Notes: generated by a model not told the origin, from the sequence alone. A stretch of 64,000 nt of DNA from Candidatus Bathyarchaeota archaeon (GCA_963828195.1 CAWHDT010000005.1:192001-256000); one strand, 5' to 3'. Positions 50,623 through 59,703 are shown, numbered from the stretch's first letter. Made by a program: numbers and translations.

Positions 50623-50764
50623 TTTTTAAAAGAACAATAACACCCGGAAAACAGATGTTGTTCTTCTTGCAGGAGAGTTAAACTCACCAAAAAAAGAATT
50701 ATCAAAAGAAGAAGAAGCCCAGAAAAACTTTTTTTCTTCTTCTTCTTCCTCCAAAACAATCCAA
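50623..50764. repeat. palindromic intergenic repeat, copy 2 (two hairpin units)
   Basis: TTTTAAAAGAACAAT-N17-TGTTGTTCTTCTTG plus AAAAGAAGAAGAAGCCCA..TTTTCTTCTTCTTCTTC..CCAAAACAATCCAA. Confidence 0.8.
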
Positions 50765-50808
50765 CCGTTGCCCTAGTCGAAGCCGTAAATGGGCTTTTTT
50801 AGTTTTGA

Positions 50809-51219
50809 TTAAGCAGTTTTTTCTTGAAGCGTTGCCAGATAGGCCGTTAAGCTTTCGACGCACTGGATTTCTCTGCCGACAAAAGCCCTAAGCTCAAGCC
50901 AAAACCGCATATTCACCTTAACTTTAAGCCGCTCAAGATCGCCTTGCAGACGCATCGTTCCCTCAACGCCTCGTCTGTCAAAGTCCAGGAGCAAAATAAC
51001 TTCGCGGACGCCAAGCTGCTCTATTTCCGCAGTTGCGTCAAGGAAAGATTTGCCGCCGGTTTTCACCGTCACAATCGCGCCGCTAACGCCTAAATCACGC
51101 AGGGTCTGAGCGTCTTTTTTGCCCTCAACCACAATCGGCTTACCCTTCGCCGACTCCTCCACCAGCTTGCTGAGGATTTGCTGGATTTTCTCCTCTTTCT
51201 CTTTAAGCTTCGTTGACAC
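50809..51219 (-). CDS. small TOPRIM-domain protein
   Basis: VVEGKKD, LLDFDRRG. Confidence 0.9.
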   Translation of the reverse strand: MSTKLKEKEEKIQQILSKLVEESAKGKPIVVEGKKDAQTLRDLGVSGAIVTVKTGGKSFLDATAEIEQLGVREVILLLDFDRRGVEGTMRLQGDLERLKVKVNMRFWLELRAFVGREIQCVESLTAYLATLQEKTA

Positions 51220-51223
51220 GGTT

Positions 51224-52312
51224 TTACCTTGTTATCTTGGCTTGCCGCACCGTTTCCAAGCAATCTTTGGCTTCACTGTTATTTGCGAAGTAGCGGCGGA
51301 CAGGCTCCAAAATATCGGCAAGTTGGGTCGCAGCCCCGTTTTTGAGGTCCATCGGATGCAGCTTCCCCTCTGAGTAAGCAGACTCCAGCTCTTGGAAGCT
51401 CCCGAACTCGATGTTTCCCCCGAACTTCTCGGGACGCTCGATCTTCAGGGCTGATTTCTCGCGGAAAACAATGTGCTTGCAGATGTCCATAACCGGGTTG
51501 TACTTGACGGTTTTTTCTGGGCAAAACGCCTTAGCCATCTTCTGCTTGATTTCCTCTGGTGTGTCGTAGATGAAGATGCATGTTTGCGGTTTGCTCTTCG
51601 ACATCTTCGCTGAGGCAACCGCTTCTTTTTCTTGTCCCTCAGGAATCGGCCAAATAGACGGCTTCTCTAAACCCTGCAGCAGATGGTGGTGTACGCAGAC
51701 GGGTTTCCAGCAGCCGATTTTTTCGCCGATTTCGCGTGCCACCATGTTGGCTTTCCGCTGATCCATGCCTAACTGGCAAATCTTGACTTTCAACTCGAAA
51801 ATGTCAGCTACCTGCATGGGCGTGTAGAGGTAGTCGGAGACGTAGTGGGCTTCGCCTTCTTTTCTTCCCGCTATCTCAAGCGTTCGAGTTGTCCTCGCCA
51901 ACGTCAAGTTCTTGGCGATAATCACGGTTTTAGCCCAGTAATCGATGTTTTTGTAGAGCTCATCAGAATAGATGAATTCAACTTTGTCTTGGGGCACGCC
52001 CAGGGCAAGCCAGCTATGCCTAAAGAGGTCAGCGGCTTTGCGGATAAGAGCCAAATCACCGCCCAGCTTGTTGTTTAACCACGCATGCCACGTTGACAAA
52101 TAAGCCTTAAAATGCACGCCTGCTTCGGCAAAGTCCTTCATTTTGTAAGCGCAAATAACGCCTGTTCCCAAATGCGCCAAACCAGAAGGCTCAAAACCAT
52201 TATAGGCAACAGGATGCTCCTCCGCCTCCAAAAGGCTCCGCAAATCCTCCGGCGTTATCACTTCTTCAGTTGGCGGTCTGCAGATTAACTCAATTTTCTT
52301 TTCTATGTCCAA
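51224..52312 (-). CDS. tyrS: tyrosyl-tRNA synthetase (archaeal type)
   Basis: YNGFEPSG..HLG, YTPMQVAD, GMDQRK, KMSKS, LHPMDLK. Confidence 0.97.
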   Translation of the reverse strand: MDIEKKIELICRPPTEEVITPEDLRSLLEAEEHPVAYNGFEPSGLAHLGTGVICAYKMKDFAEAGVHFKAYLSTWHAWLNNKLGGDLALIRKAADLFRHSWLALGVPQDKVEFIYSDELYKNIDYWAKTVIIAKNLTLARTTRTLEIAGRKEGEAHYVSDYLYTPMQVADIFELKVKICQLGMDQRKANMVAREIGEKIGCWKPVCVHHHLLQGLEKPSIWPIPEGQEKEAVASAKMSKSKPQTCIFIYDTPEEIKQKMAKAFCPEKTVKYNPVMDICKHIVFREKSALKIERPEKFGGNIEFGSFQELESAYSEGKLHPMDLKNGAATQLADILEPVRRYFANNSEAKDCLETVRQAKITR

Positions 52313-52525
52313 AGTGCGCTCATCTTCCCAGTGCTCCTAACTTTGCGAGGGTTGAACTTAAAAGTGTCAATACACAAAGTATTGAAATTTAACTCTTAAG
52401 CCCGTTACCATAAGCTCAACGTCTTAACTGTGACAGCTAACTTAAAGTTTTTTCTTGCTAATTTCAGACCCGATTTTTTCCAGACTTCCACAGGAGTATT
52501 TGGTTAAAAGTCAAAAAACTTGATT

Positions 52526-53071
52526 TTAATTTGTTACCGTGAATTGGAAGCTACAGGTAGCGTTCTGAAATGAGTACCCATGAGTTGATGGCAGGATAGT
52601 TAAGAGAGGTTTAGACGTTCCGACCGCCATAGCTTGTACGCCCCACGTTACACTAATGCTTGTTCCAGTTCTCGTTGCTGAGGGTACTGATGTCGAGGTA
52701 GTTGAATTATTTGGTTGAGCAAATGATAGGACCCCATTAGTTCCAGAAATCGAGTCATCCAAACCAGCTATTTTAGGAATTATCTTTGGGTTTGACGTCT
52801 GATAATCTGTGAAGTTTATAATTAAAGTGTCCGTGTTACCCACGTTCATTAAGATGATTTGTGGAATCGTCTCTGATTGGTTATCCGTAGTGTAGGTTGA
52901 ACCGTAAGCCCCACCGTTACCCTTACCGTAATAATAGCCAAGTACAGTCACTGAGGTAATTACCGTATTAACACTTGTAGCTTTCGTCGGCACTGATTCA
53001 TATGCTATTGTTCCGCCTATTGCAGCGATTATAACTAAAGCCAAGAATATTGCTAATATTTTCTTGTTCAT
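52526..53071 (-). CDS. secreted/membrane-anchored hypothetical protein
   Basis: MNKKIL followed by a hydrophobic N-terminus; Thr/Ser/Asn-rich beta domain. Confidence 0.65.
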   Translation of the reverse strand: MNKKILAIFLALVIIAAIGGTIAYESVPTKATSVNTVITSVTVLGYYYGKGNGGAYGSTYTTDNQSETIPQIILMNVGNTDTLIINFTDYQTSNPKIIPKIAGLDDSISGTNGVLSFAQPNNSTTSTSVPSATRTGTSISVTWGVQAMAVGTSKPLLTILPSTHGYSFQNATCSFQFTVTN

Positions 53072-53265
53072 TTCTATCTTGTGTAGACTATTTTTATGCA
53101 ATGCAGATTTAAGACTTTGCACGCATTACTTGATGAAAATAGCTTTTTATGTGAAAAGGCTTCTAAAAATGTCACTAAATATGTCAAATAGCTTTTCTGT
53201 GTAGATCAAGAGATTAAGTATTAGCACTCAGAAATTTAGTATATTTTTTCTCAAATCTATAGCAC

Positions 53266-53511
53266 TTAGGATTTAAGTCTCTTCGTTAAACGTATCATGT
53301 AGCGTTTCTCATCCACGTTTCTTATGCGGCTGTCAATTAGCCCATGGCTTTTCGCTTCGCCTACGACTTCGTCGAAGGACACAACTTGGGGATTTGCAGA
53401 TTTCTTGTTTGTTATAACTATCCAGATTTCATGGTATTTTTCTTTGTTTTCCTCAAAAAACCGCCTAAGCTCAGCCAAACTCTTAGGTTCAAAAGTTACC
53501 GATTCAGCCAA
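53266..53511 (-). CDS. YdeI/OmpD-associated family N-terminal-like protein
   Basis: ELR.FFE.N....EIWI..K..V.EA..HGLID pattern. Confidence 0.65.
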   Translation of the reverse strand: MAESVTFEPKSLAELRRFFEENKEKYHEIWIVITNKKSANPQVVSFDEVVGEAKSHGLIDSRIRNVDEKRYMIRLTKRLKS

Positions 53512-53583
53512 GACCTAACGCCTTCATTTAATCTGCTACCGTTTTTACCTATTAGTGTTTGTTGCTTGCTCCTGAGAAACGGT

Positions 53584-54396
53584 TCACGGACTTGACCTAA
53601 GGGGTTTTCGTTTTCTCATATAAAGCAGTAGAGGCACAAAGAAAACTACCCAAACAAGAATAATAATGGGCAGAATTATCAAAGTTGGGAACTCTGGAAC
53701 GGTTGGATATGGGCTTGGTGAAGTAGATGTGGAAACTTCAGGCATTGTGAATGTTTGGGTTGGACCCCAACCGCTTGTTTTATATGCAAAAAGTGTTGTG
53801 TTAATAAAAAGTGGAATGCTTTGTCCACCGACATTTACTTGAGTCGTATAATTATAGCCTAAAATTGCTTCGACCTGAAAATCTGCTTCATCCCCAGCCT
53901 GATAACCTGCTGGATATTGGATTGTTGTGTTTTCGGAACTCGACTGAGACCAAAGATAGAAGTAGCCGACTTGTACAGTCCCTGAAGTGAAGTTCATTGG
54001 AAAATAAGTAAACGACTCCGTTTCCCAATCTGAAGAATCTCCAAAGTGTGGCTTTGTCCTAATATTATAATATAGATTAGTTGCGTAGCCATTAACAGAA
54101 GAGGGGAAAGGTTGATTTTCAATAGTTATGTTGATGGCTATGTTTTCAATACGATGTTCAGGTATAGTTGTAGTCGTTGTTTTGTTGGTGTAGGGGTCTG
54201 TTGTGGAAGTTGTGGTTGGAGGTACAATGTTAAATGTGTCTGAATACTTCAAACTGAATTCTGGAACAGACGGCGTAGGTATCTGTATTGATGTAGGCGC
54301 AGGTGTCTGAGCAAATGCTGGTTTAGCCATTATTAGACTTGAGGCCGCTAAAGCAACAATGAGAAATACTGAAAAACCCTTGCTCCTGCTGTTCAT
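53584..54396 (-). CDS. secreted surface protein with PEF-CTERM-like anchor
   Basis: Signal peptide, PSVPEF, YYNIR.K.H, VPEFP + TM + RKRK. Confidence 0.75.
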   Translation of the reverse strand: MNSRSKGFSVFLIVALAASSLIMAKPAFAQTPAPTSIQIPTPSVPEFSLKYSDTFNIVPPTTTSTTDPYTNKTTTTTIPEHRIENIAINITIENQPFPSSVNGYATNLYYNIRTKPHFGDSSDWETESFTYFPMNFTSGTVQVGYFYLWSQSSSENTTIQYPAGYQAGDEADFQVEAILGYNYTTQVNVGGQSIPLFINTTLFAYKTSGWGPTQTFTMPEVSTSTSPSPYPTVPEFPTLIILPIIILVWVVFFVPLLLYMRKRKPLRSSP

Positions 54397-54552
54397 AATT
54401 AAGGTGAAGAAAGGCTTGCGATAAAAGGCTATTCGTAAAAGTTCCTTGACTAAGCTTTGTCAACGTTTCTTGACTTGACTCTGGGCAGATTTAAGATTTA
54501 TCTTGAAAAACTGGTTGAGCCTACTTTCTTTTCTTTCAGCCAAATTATTTTT

Positions 54553-55968
54553 CTAATTTTTATTCTTGCGGCTGAGTTTCAGTTTTGCCGAGCCTTTTAG
54601 GTGCACCAGAATTGTTATGCCCGTGGCGAGGGTCCAGAATTTTCTTTTGCGGTAGTTATGGGTGAAGTAGCCTGGGCGCAGGTAGAAGTGGTGGAATGCG
54701 CTTTCGCGAAGGGTTCCCAACACCGCCATTTTCATCATGGGCGTCTCAAAAACAGGTTTGGTCGTATCGTACCGGTCAAAGTCGGTTATTCGCAGCCAGC
54801 CCTTCTCTTTTACCAAATCGTACATCGGTGTTCCAGGAAAAGGCGTAGCCACATTGTAGAATCCCACGTCGTCGGGCGAGATTTTCTCTATAAACTTTAT
54901 TGTTTTCCACGCGCTCTCCTTTGTGTCCCCCGGAAAGCCCAGGATAACGTTCGGAATCGGCTTCAAACCCAGCTCCCTTACCCAACCGAAAACCTTCGCC
55001 GTCAACTCGGGAGTGATCCCTTTTTTCATCGCGTCCAAAACCTGCTGCGACCCAGATTCCACCCCGAACCAAACCGAGATGCAGCCTGCCTCCTTCATCT
55101 TCCCAAGCAACTCTTTTGTCAGCATGTCAACGCGGGTGCCGCAGTTCCACTGGATTTTCAATCCGCGTTTTAGGATTTCACTGCAAAGCGCCTCGGTTCT
55201 GGGCTGATCTACTGTGAAGGCGTCGTCGCAAAAAGTGAATGTGCTGATGCCGTAGGTTTTGTGCAGAAGCTCTATTTCGTCCACGACGTTTTTTGGGCTT
55301 CGCATGCGGTATTTGCGTCCATGCATTCTTACTGTTGTGCAGAATTCGCACCAGTAAACGCAGCCGCGGCTCGTAGCCAAGTAAAGAACGTTCTCGTATT
55401 TGCCGAAAGCTTCCATCGGCCAGAGATGGCGGGCTGGAAATGGCAGCGAATCCAAATCTTCAATGTAGGGTCTATCGGGGTTCCTGACGATTTTTCCGTC
55501 TTTTCGGCAAGTGGTGCCAACGACGTCAGAGTAGTTTTTGCCCGCTTCGATTCTCTGAATCAACTCTAACAGCGTGTTTTCTCCTTCGCGGCGAATTACG
55601 ATGTCCAGTTCAGGGCACTCCTCAAGCGCTTTGTCATCCCAGAAGGTAACATGGGGTCCACCGGCAAGGGTTATGCAGTTTGGGCAAACCTCTTTGGCAA
55701 TCTTCACCAGTTTCAGACCCGCCTGATAGGTAAGCGTGGAAGATGTGACCCCAACGATGTCTGGATGACGCTTGCTGATCTCCTTTCTAAAATCTTCAGG
55801 GGACATTTTCACGATTTGGCAGTCAATTACGTCAACTTGATAGTTGTTTTTCTCTAAAACAGCAGCCAAATAACCTAAACCTAACAATGCAAAAGGCAAA
55901 TGCATTGCTGCGCCGACAGGTGCAGCTGGATTAACCAAGGTTACATGAGGCTTCATTTTCGGCGTCAC
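54553..55968 (-). CDS. B12-binding domain radical SAM protein
   Basis: LGLGYLAA, GGPHVT, EGE, TSRGCVYWCEFC, GVESG, TPFPGT. Confidence 0.93.
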   Translation of the reverse strand: MTPKMKPHVTLVNPAAPVGAAMHLPFALLGLGYLAAVLEKNNYQVDVIDCQIVKMSPEDFRKEISKRHPDIVGVTSSTLTYQAGLKLVKIAKEVCPNCITLAGGPHVTFWDDKALEECPELDIVIRREGENTLLELIQRIEAGKNYSDVVGTTCRKDGKIVRNPDRPYIEDLDSLPFPARHLWPMEAFGKYENVLYLATSRGCVYWCEFCTTVRMHGRKYRMRSPKNVVDEIELLHKTYGISTFTFCDDAFTVDQPRTEALCSEILKRGLKIQWNCGTRVDMLTKELLGKMKEAGCISVWFGVESGSQQVLDAMKKGITPELTAKVFGWVRELGLKPIPNVILGFPGDTKESAWKTIKFIEKISPDDVGFYNVATPFPGTPMYDLVKEKGWLRITDFDRYDTTKPVFETPMMKMAVLGTLRESAFHHFYLRPGYFTHNYRKRKFWTLATGITILVHLKGSAKLKLSRKNKN

Positions 55969-56137
55969 ATTAATCCCTCAAAAAAGGGAAGCTTTCACGC
56001 TTAAACGTTTCGCATTTTTCAGCTCCCAGGCACTTTGGACGATTTGACTAAAAATCAAAGAAAAAAACGTTTAAGCTGCCTATGTAACCGAAAACTCTAA
56101 AGCGTTCGATAAGGTATTTTCCCAGAAAGCACCAGTC

Positions 56138-56212
56138 GGGCCGGTAGATCAGCTCGGTATGATCGCCGCGTTCGCAACGCGGAAGCCGCGGGTTCAAATC
56201 CCGCCCGGTCCA
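56138..56212 (+). tRNA. tRNA-Ala (CGC)
   Basis: Acceptor GGGCCGG/CCGGTCC with G3:U70, D arm GATC..GATC, anticodon arm CCGCG-TTCGCAA-CGCGG, T arm GCGGG-TTCAAAT-CCCGC, discriminator A. Confidence 0.95.
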
Positions 56213-56230
56213 TAATTAAACTCAATTTGT

Positions 56231-56665
56231 CTATTCAAGCTCTTCCAAAAAAAGCAAGGTAACGCCAAATGATTTTTTTCCCATTTCGTCTGCCAACTCT
56301 TGCTCTTGACGAGCAAAAATGGCGTTACCGGCAATTTTATGAGCCAACGCCAAAATGAAGCAGTCGGGAAGCGAAATGGCTCTCTGACATTTTATTTTGG
56401 CCGCTTCGTCGATCAAATGGAAGGTGTCTTCAACCTTAAAATATCCTGAAGCAAGAAGTTTGCTTACTCTTTCTTTTGATTGTTGCCATCCAAGTTTTCT
56501 ACATAGGACATATCGCAGCTCTGTTATGGCTAGCTCTGTTGTGTAGGCTTCAACCATGTCGGTTTCGAGAGCTTTTTTTAGCTTTTGTCCCAAGTCATCG
56601 CAGTATATTAGCTCAATTAGTGCGCTCGTGTCTATTGCTAATTTTCCTCTCAAGTCTTTCATCAT
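56231..56665 (-). CDS. vapC: PIN-domain toxin (VapC-like)
   Basis: AIDTSAL, E.RYVL, ISLPDC..LALA. Confidence 0.88.
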   Translation of the reverse strand: MMKDLRGKLAIDTSALIELIYCDDLGQKLKKALETDMVEAYTTELAITELRYVLCRKLGWQQSKERVSKLLASGYFKVEDTFHLIDEAAKIKCQRAISLPDCFILALAHKIAGNAIFARQEQELADEMGKKSFGVTLLFLEELE

Positions 56666-56882
56666 CGTTCTTCCGTTCTGTTTCTAATTCTTCAAGCGCT
56701 TCTTTAACGCCTATGATTGGGCTGCATGCTTCTTCCAGCAACCGAGGGTTTTTATCTTGCTGGTCCACCAAGAAACGAAGGGCTTCGTTTAGGTCAACTC
56801 GTCGCCCCCTCTTGATTTGAAGTTCGGATGCGACCTTCAAGAGTTTTTCTTTGACGTCCTCAGTTACCGATATCGTAGTCAT
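56613..56882 (-). CDS. VapB-type antitoxin (RHH-like)
   Basis: MTTISV.EDVKEKL N-terminal strand-helix; overlaps and precedes the PIN gene. Confidence 0.8.
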   Translation of the reverse strand: MTTISVTEDVKEKLLKVASELQIKRGRRVDLNEALRFLVDQQDKNPRLLEEACSPIIGVKEALEELETERKNDDERLERKISNRHERTN

Positions 56883-56968
56883 AGAGATCATAATAACTAT
56901 AGCAACTATAGCAGATATACCTATCTGGCTTTATCTGCGTGAATTTACGCATAAGCCGTTTAGAAATT

Positions 56969-57019
56969 ATCGCCGCGATCGCAACACGGAAGCCGCCGGT
57001 TCAAATCCCGCCCAGTCCA
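56969..57019 (+). repeat. degenerate copy 1 of tRNA-Ala 3' 51 nt (att-like)
   Basis: Matches 56162-56212 with 4 substitutions. Confidence 0.92.
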
Positions 57020-57031
57020 CTCATCAAATCT

Positions 57032-57385
57032 TCAACTTTTTCTTATTTTGCGCACCCTTATTTTTTTCTCTGAGACAATCATAACGTTTCCAAGAATAGC
57101 ATCACTATGAGAAGCCAGGATGAAAGAAACAATTTTCACCTTGTTTTCGATGGTCTCATCTTTTAGTCTCAACAGGATCACTCCCGGTAGCCTGTTAAAA
57201 CCTTCAAGCCTACCGAAGTATTTATCGTTGGTCACAATTACGCGGTTTTCCTCAACTGCTTTTAGCACAATTTCCTCGTCCGATGCGCCCTTCATGTATT
57301 CAATTACAGAAACTGAGTCAAATCCCATTTGAGCTAGTTTTTTAGAAACCCAAATGCCAGTACACTCATCAACTAAAAACTTCAA
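57032..57385 (-). CDS. DUF5615 PIN-like toxin (VapC45-like)
   Basis: MKFLVDEC, G.SDEEI, RVIVT.DK.FG, GVILLR. Confidence 0.88.
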   Translation of the reverse strand: MKFLVDECTGIWVSKKLAQMGFDSVSVIEYMKGASDEEIVLKAVEENRVIVTNDKYFGRLEGFNRLPGVILLRLKDETIENKVKIVSFILASHSDAILGNVMIVSEKKIRVRKIRKS

Positions 57386-57395
57386 AGAACCAAGC

Positions 57396-57641
57396 TCATG
57401 TAATGATTACTGGGTAAACTTCTTCTTCACCGGCGACTTTGGACGCGTAAAGCAGGACAGCGGCAACATCATCTTTAGATAGATGCGGATAATCCTTCAG
57501 GATTTCTTTTGCGGTTAAACCCTGAGCGAGCAGCTTTAACACTTGTTCTACAGTGATCCTTGTGCCTTTTACAATAGGTTTTCCACCCATAACTTTTGGG
57601 TCCACGACGATAAGTTCCAAGAGTTCTTCTTCGGTTTTCAT
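57396..57641 (-). CDS. DUF433 antitoxin-like protein
   Basis: DP.VMGGKP.VKGTRITVE, EIL.DYP.L...DV.A.L.Y. Confidence 0.92.
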   Translation of the reverse strand: MKTEEELLELIVVDPKVMGGKPIVKGTRITVEQVLKLLAQGLTAKEILKDYPHLSKDDVAAVLLYASKVAGEEEVYPVIIT

Positions 57642-57716
57642 TACCTGAACCTTCAAGTACGATAATAGGCAGTCCATCTAATAAATGACTTAATAGGAGT
57701 TAGCCAAAACGTTAAC

Positions 57717-57767
57717 ATCGCCGCGTTCGTAACGCCGAAGCCCCGTGGTTCAAATCCCCGCGATCCA
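57717..57767 (+). repeat. degenerate copy 2 of tRNA-Ala 3' segment (att-like)
   Basis: ATCGCCGCGTTCGTAACGCCGAAGCCCCGTGGTTCAAATCCCCGCGATCCA; same 5' and 3' boundaries as copy 1 but more diverged. Confidence 0.85.
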
Positions 57768-57837
57768 TCAAATCTGAATTGTTTATTAGAACGTGGCTGC
57801 TTATTTTTCTTTGAGCGTTTTTTGGTTAGTGACGAAG

Positions 57838-58443
57838 ATGGCGTCTACATTTTTTAGCAAAACCAGAATGGAAGCTTTGGCAGACGGGATATTCGCCACA
57901 GTCATGACCATTTTGGTGCTCAGCCTAGTTGTCCCCACGATCACCGGATCAATGGGTACGACGGGGTTACAAACTGCCCTGTACAACCTCATTCCAGACC
58001 TGTTCGCATATGTTATCACGTTCATTCTTCTGGGGGTTCTATGGATTGGCCACCAAGCCTCGTTTAGCCACATCACAAGGATTGACCGCAGGCTTCTCTG
58101 GGTAAATTTACTTCAGTTGATGGGTGTCGGTTTGATTCCGTTTGCCACAGCGCTGCTGGGAAGGTATCCTATGCAACCCATCGCAGTCGTGATTTACGGA
58201 TCAAATGGGCTGGCAGTCACAGCTCTCTACATCGTTCTTTGGTATTACCCCAGGCTGAAGAATCTGGCTCATGAAGAGCCGAGCCCTGAAGTAACGACCT
58301 ATCGAGGCAGAGTGGTCATTGTGGGACCCATTATCTACGCTTTAGCTATCGGCTTCGCATATGTCTCAGTTTATGTCAGTTTGGCTTTGTATGCTGCGGT
58401 CACAGTTTTCTACATAGCGTTTGGGGGAAGATATACTCACTAA
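57838..58443 (+). CDS. TMEM175-family potassium channel
   Basis: R.EALADGIFA..MTILVL, Y.ITF......W..H, IPFAT; about 6 TM. Confidence 0.88.
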   Translation: MASTFFSKTRMEALADGIFATVMTILVLSLVVPTITGSMGTTGLQTALYNLIPDLFAYVITFILLGVLWIGHQASFSHITRIDRRLLWVNLLQLMGVGLIPFATALLGRYPMQPIAVVIYGSNGLAVTALYIVLWYYPRLKNLAHEEPSPEVTTYRGRVVIVGPIIYALAIGFAYVSVYVSLALYAAVTVFYIAFGGRYTH

Positions 58444-58495
58444 AAGGTGATTTTACGCTATGGCAGCTGCTTGAAGCATACGCAAATTTGACAGG

Positions 58496-58642
58496 CTAAT
58501 GGCGGTTAATTTTCTTTTGAAGTCTTATCTCGTCAAGTTTTCGCTCTTCTGTAGCTCCTCAATTGCTAACCGAGATCCAAAGACCAGTTCGCATGCTTGT
58601 TCAAGCAATTTGTGGTTCATATCTTGCCGAACAAAAACTGCT
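58496..58642 (-). pseudogene. frameshifted remnant of an antitoxin paralogous to 56613-56882
   Basis: Reads QDMNHKLLEQACELVFGSRLAIEELQ/(1-nt deletion)ERKLDEIRLQKKINRH* versus QDKNPRLLEEACSPIIGVKEALEELETERKNDDERLERKISNRH. Confidence 0.75.
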
Positions 58643-58761
58643 TTGTAGGCCCACCGACATGAATTTATCTAATTGCTTACCCACTATATCAGTTGGTGTG
58701 ATACTTTACGGAAAACGGCGCTTCAGAAAATCTGTCAGTTGACGATGCCATCATAGATTAT

Positions 58762-59703
58762 TTGTCTAAGAAAAGCGTAACTGACAAAACAGAAAAATTG
58801 GCGCTTGCTCGAATCAGCAGCAAAATGGAAATCAGCAGCCAACAAGTGGAAATGAGCATCAACAGATTAAGCGCAAAAAATTTAATACGCAAAATCTATT
58901 TGCAGGGAACAGTGGGTTTTGAGTTGACTCCCAGGGGGAAGTCAGCTATCGAAGCTTTAGCTAAAGCCGAAACAGACCGCATTACCAAGCAGCTGCAGGA
59001 AGCAATTCAGCAGGAAAGAAAAGCTAAACTGCGGTCAGCCACAGTTAACAGGATGAATTCGGCTGCTGACGTTTGGCTGGGCTACCAAATACCCGACAAT
59101 AAACTCATTGACAAGATTGAGCGGGAAGCCGAGAGCTTTCTTGCGGCAGCAAAAGAAATTCAAGATAAACAGCCTTCGTGCCAAGTTGACCCTGAAAACT
59201 ATGAACAAAAATTCAGCCAGTACAGACCTGAAGTAGAAAAACTAACAGCGCGAAACAGGAGCCTAACCGCTGCCTTGAACAATTATGCAAAAATCGAAAA
59301 TAATCTGCAATCCCTAACGGCTGACATCAAAAGTATCAACAGAACGTTAAGTAAGTACGAAGCCATCGGCGAAGCTGCTTCCCAGATAAGTCAACTAAAA
59401 GCTTCTCTTAGTAGATTAAGCCAAATTCAGTCTCAACTGGAAAGCTTTGACAGGGATAAATTGGGTCAAATCGCGGAACTATTGACTCAGCTCAGCGACA
59501 ATTACCGCCTTTTGGAAAATCTGAAGAAGCCCACTCATGAATTTAAGGCAATTAAAAAAGAAAACCTGTCAGAAAAGACAATTCAGTACGCGGACCCTGA
59601 AGGCCCAGTTAAGTATGCGCACAAAACAGGCGGGTCCCCAGTGCTGGAAAAATGCGGCAAATGTGGAGCGACACGAAGACTAACGTCTGTCAACATCGGG
59701 TAA
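58762..59703 (+). CDS. wHTH + long coiled-coil hypothetical protein
   Basis: N-terminal L..KNLI.K....FELTPRG wHTH, heptad-rich middle, C-terminal CGKCG. Confidence 0.65.
   Translation: MSKKSVTDKTEKLALARISSKMEISSQQVEMSINRLSAKNLIRKIYLQGTVGFELTPRGKSAIEALAKAETDRITKQLQEAIQQERKAKLRSATVNRMNSAADVWLGYQIPDNKLIDKIEREAESFLAAAKEIQDKQPSCQVDPENYEQKFSQYRPEVEKLTARNRSLTAALNNYAKIENNLQSLTADIKSINRTLSKYEAIGEAASQISQLKASLSRLSQIQSQLESFDRDKLGQIAELLTQLSDNYRLLENLKKPTHEFKAIKKENLSEKTIQYADPEGPVKYAHKTGGSPVLEKCGKCGATRRLTSVNIG

Noticed and set aside
50517-50759. 80-aa ORF MFWRKKKKKK...
   Set aside because: Low-complexity translation of the palindromic repeat.
54601-55569. Several long antisense or alternate-frame ORFs over the radical SAM gene (similar ones over metG, por and the CheBR kinase)
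   Set aside because: Shadow ORFs of well-supported genes, with no motifs.
56851-57084. 77-aa ORF in the track
   Set aside because: Spans the tRNA-Ala repeat and overlaps two real antisense genes.
56138-57767. tRNA-derived repeats considered as a CRISPR array or as split/permuted tRNA genes
   Set aside because: The spacing is 750-800 bp with genes between, and there are no cas genes. The copies carry stem-breaking mutations, and I saw no complementary leader or matching 5' halves.
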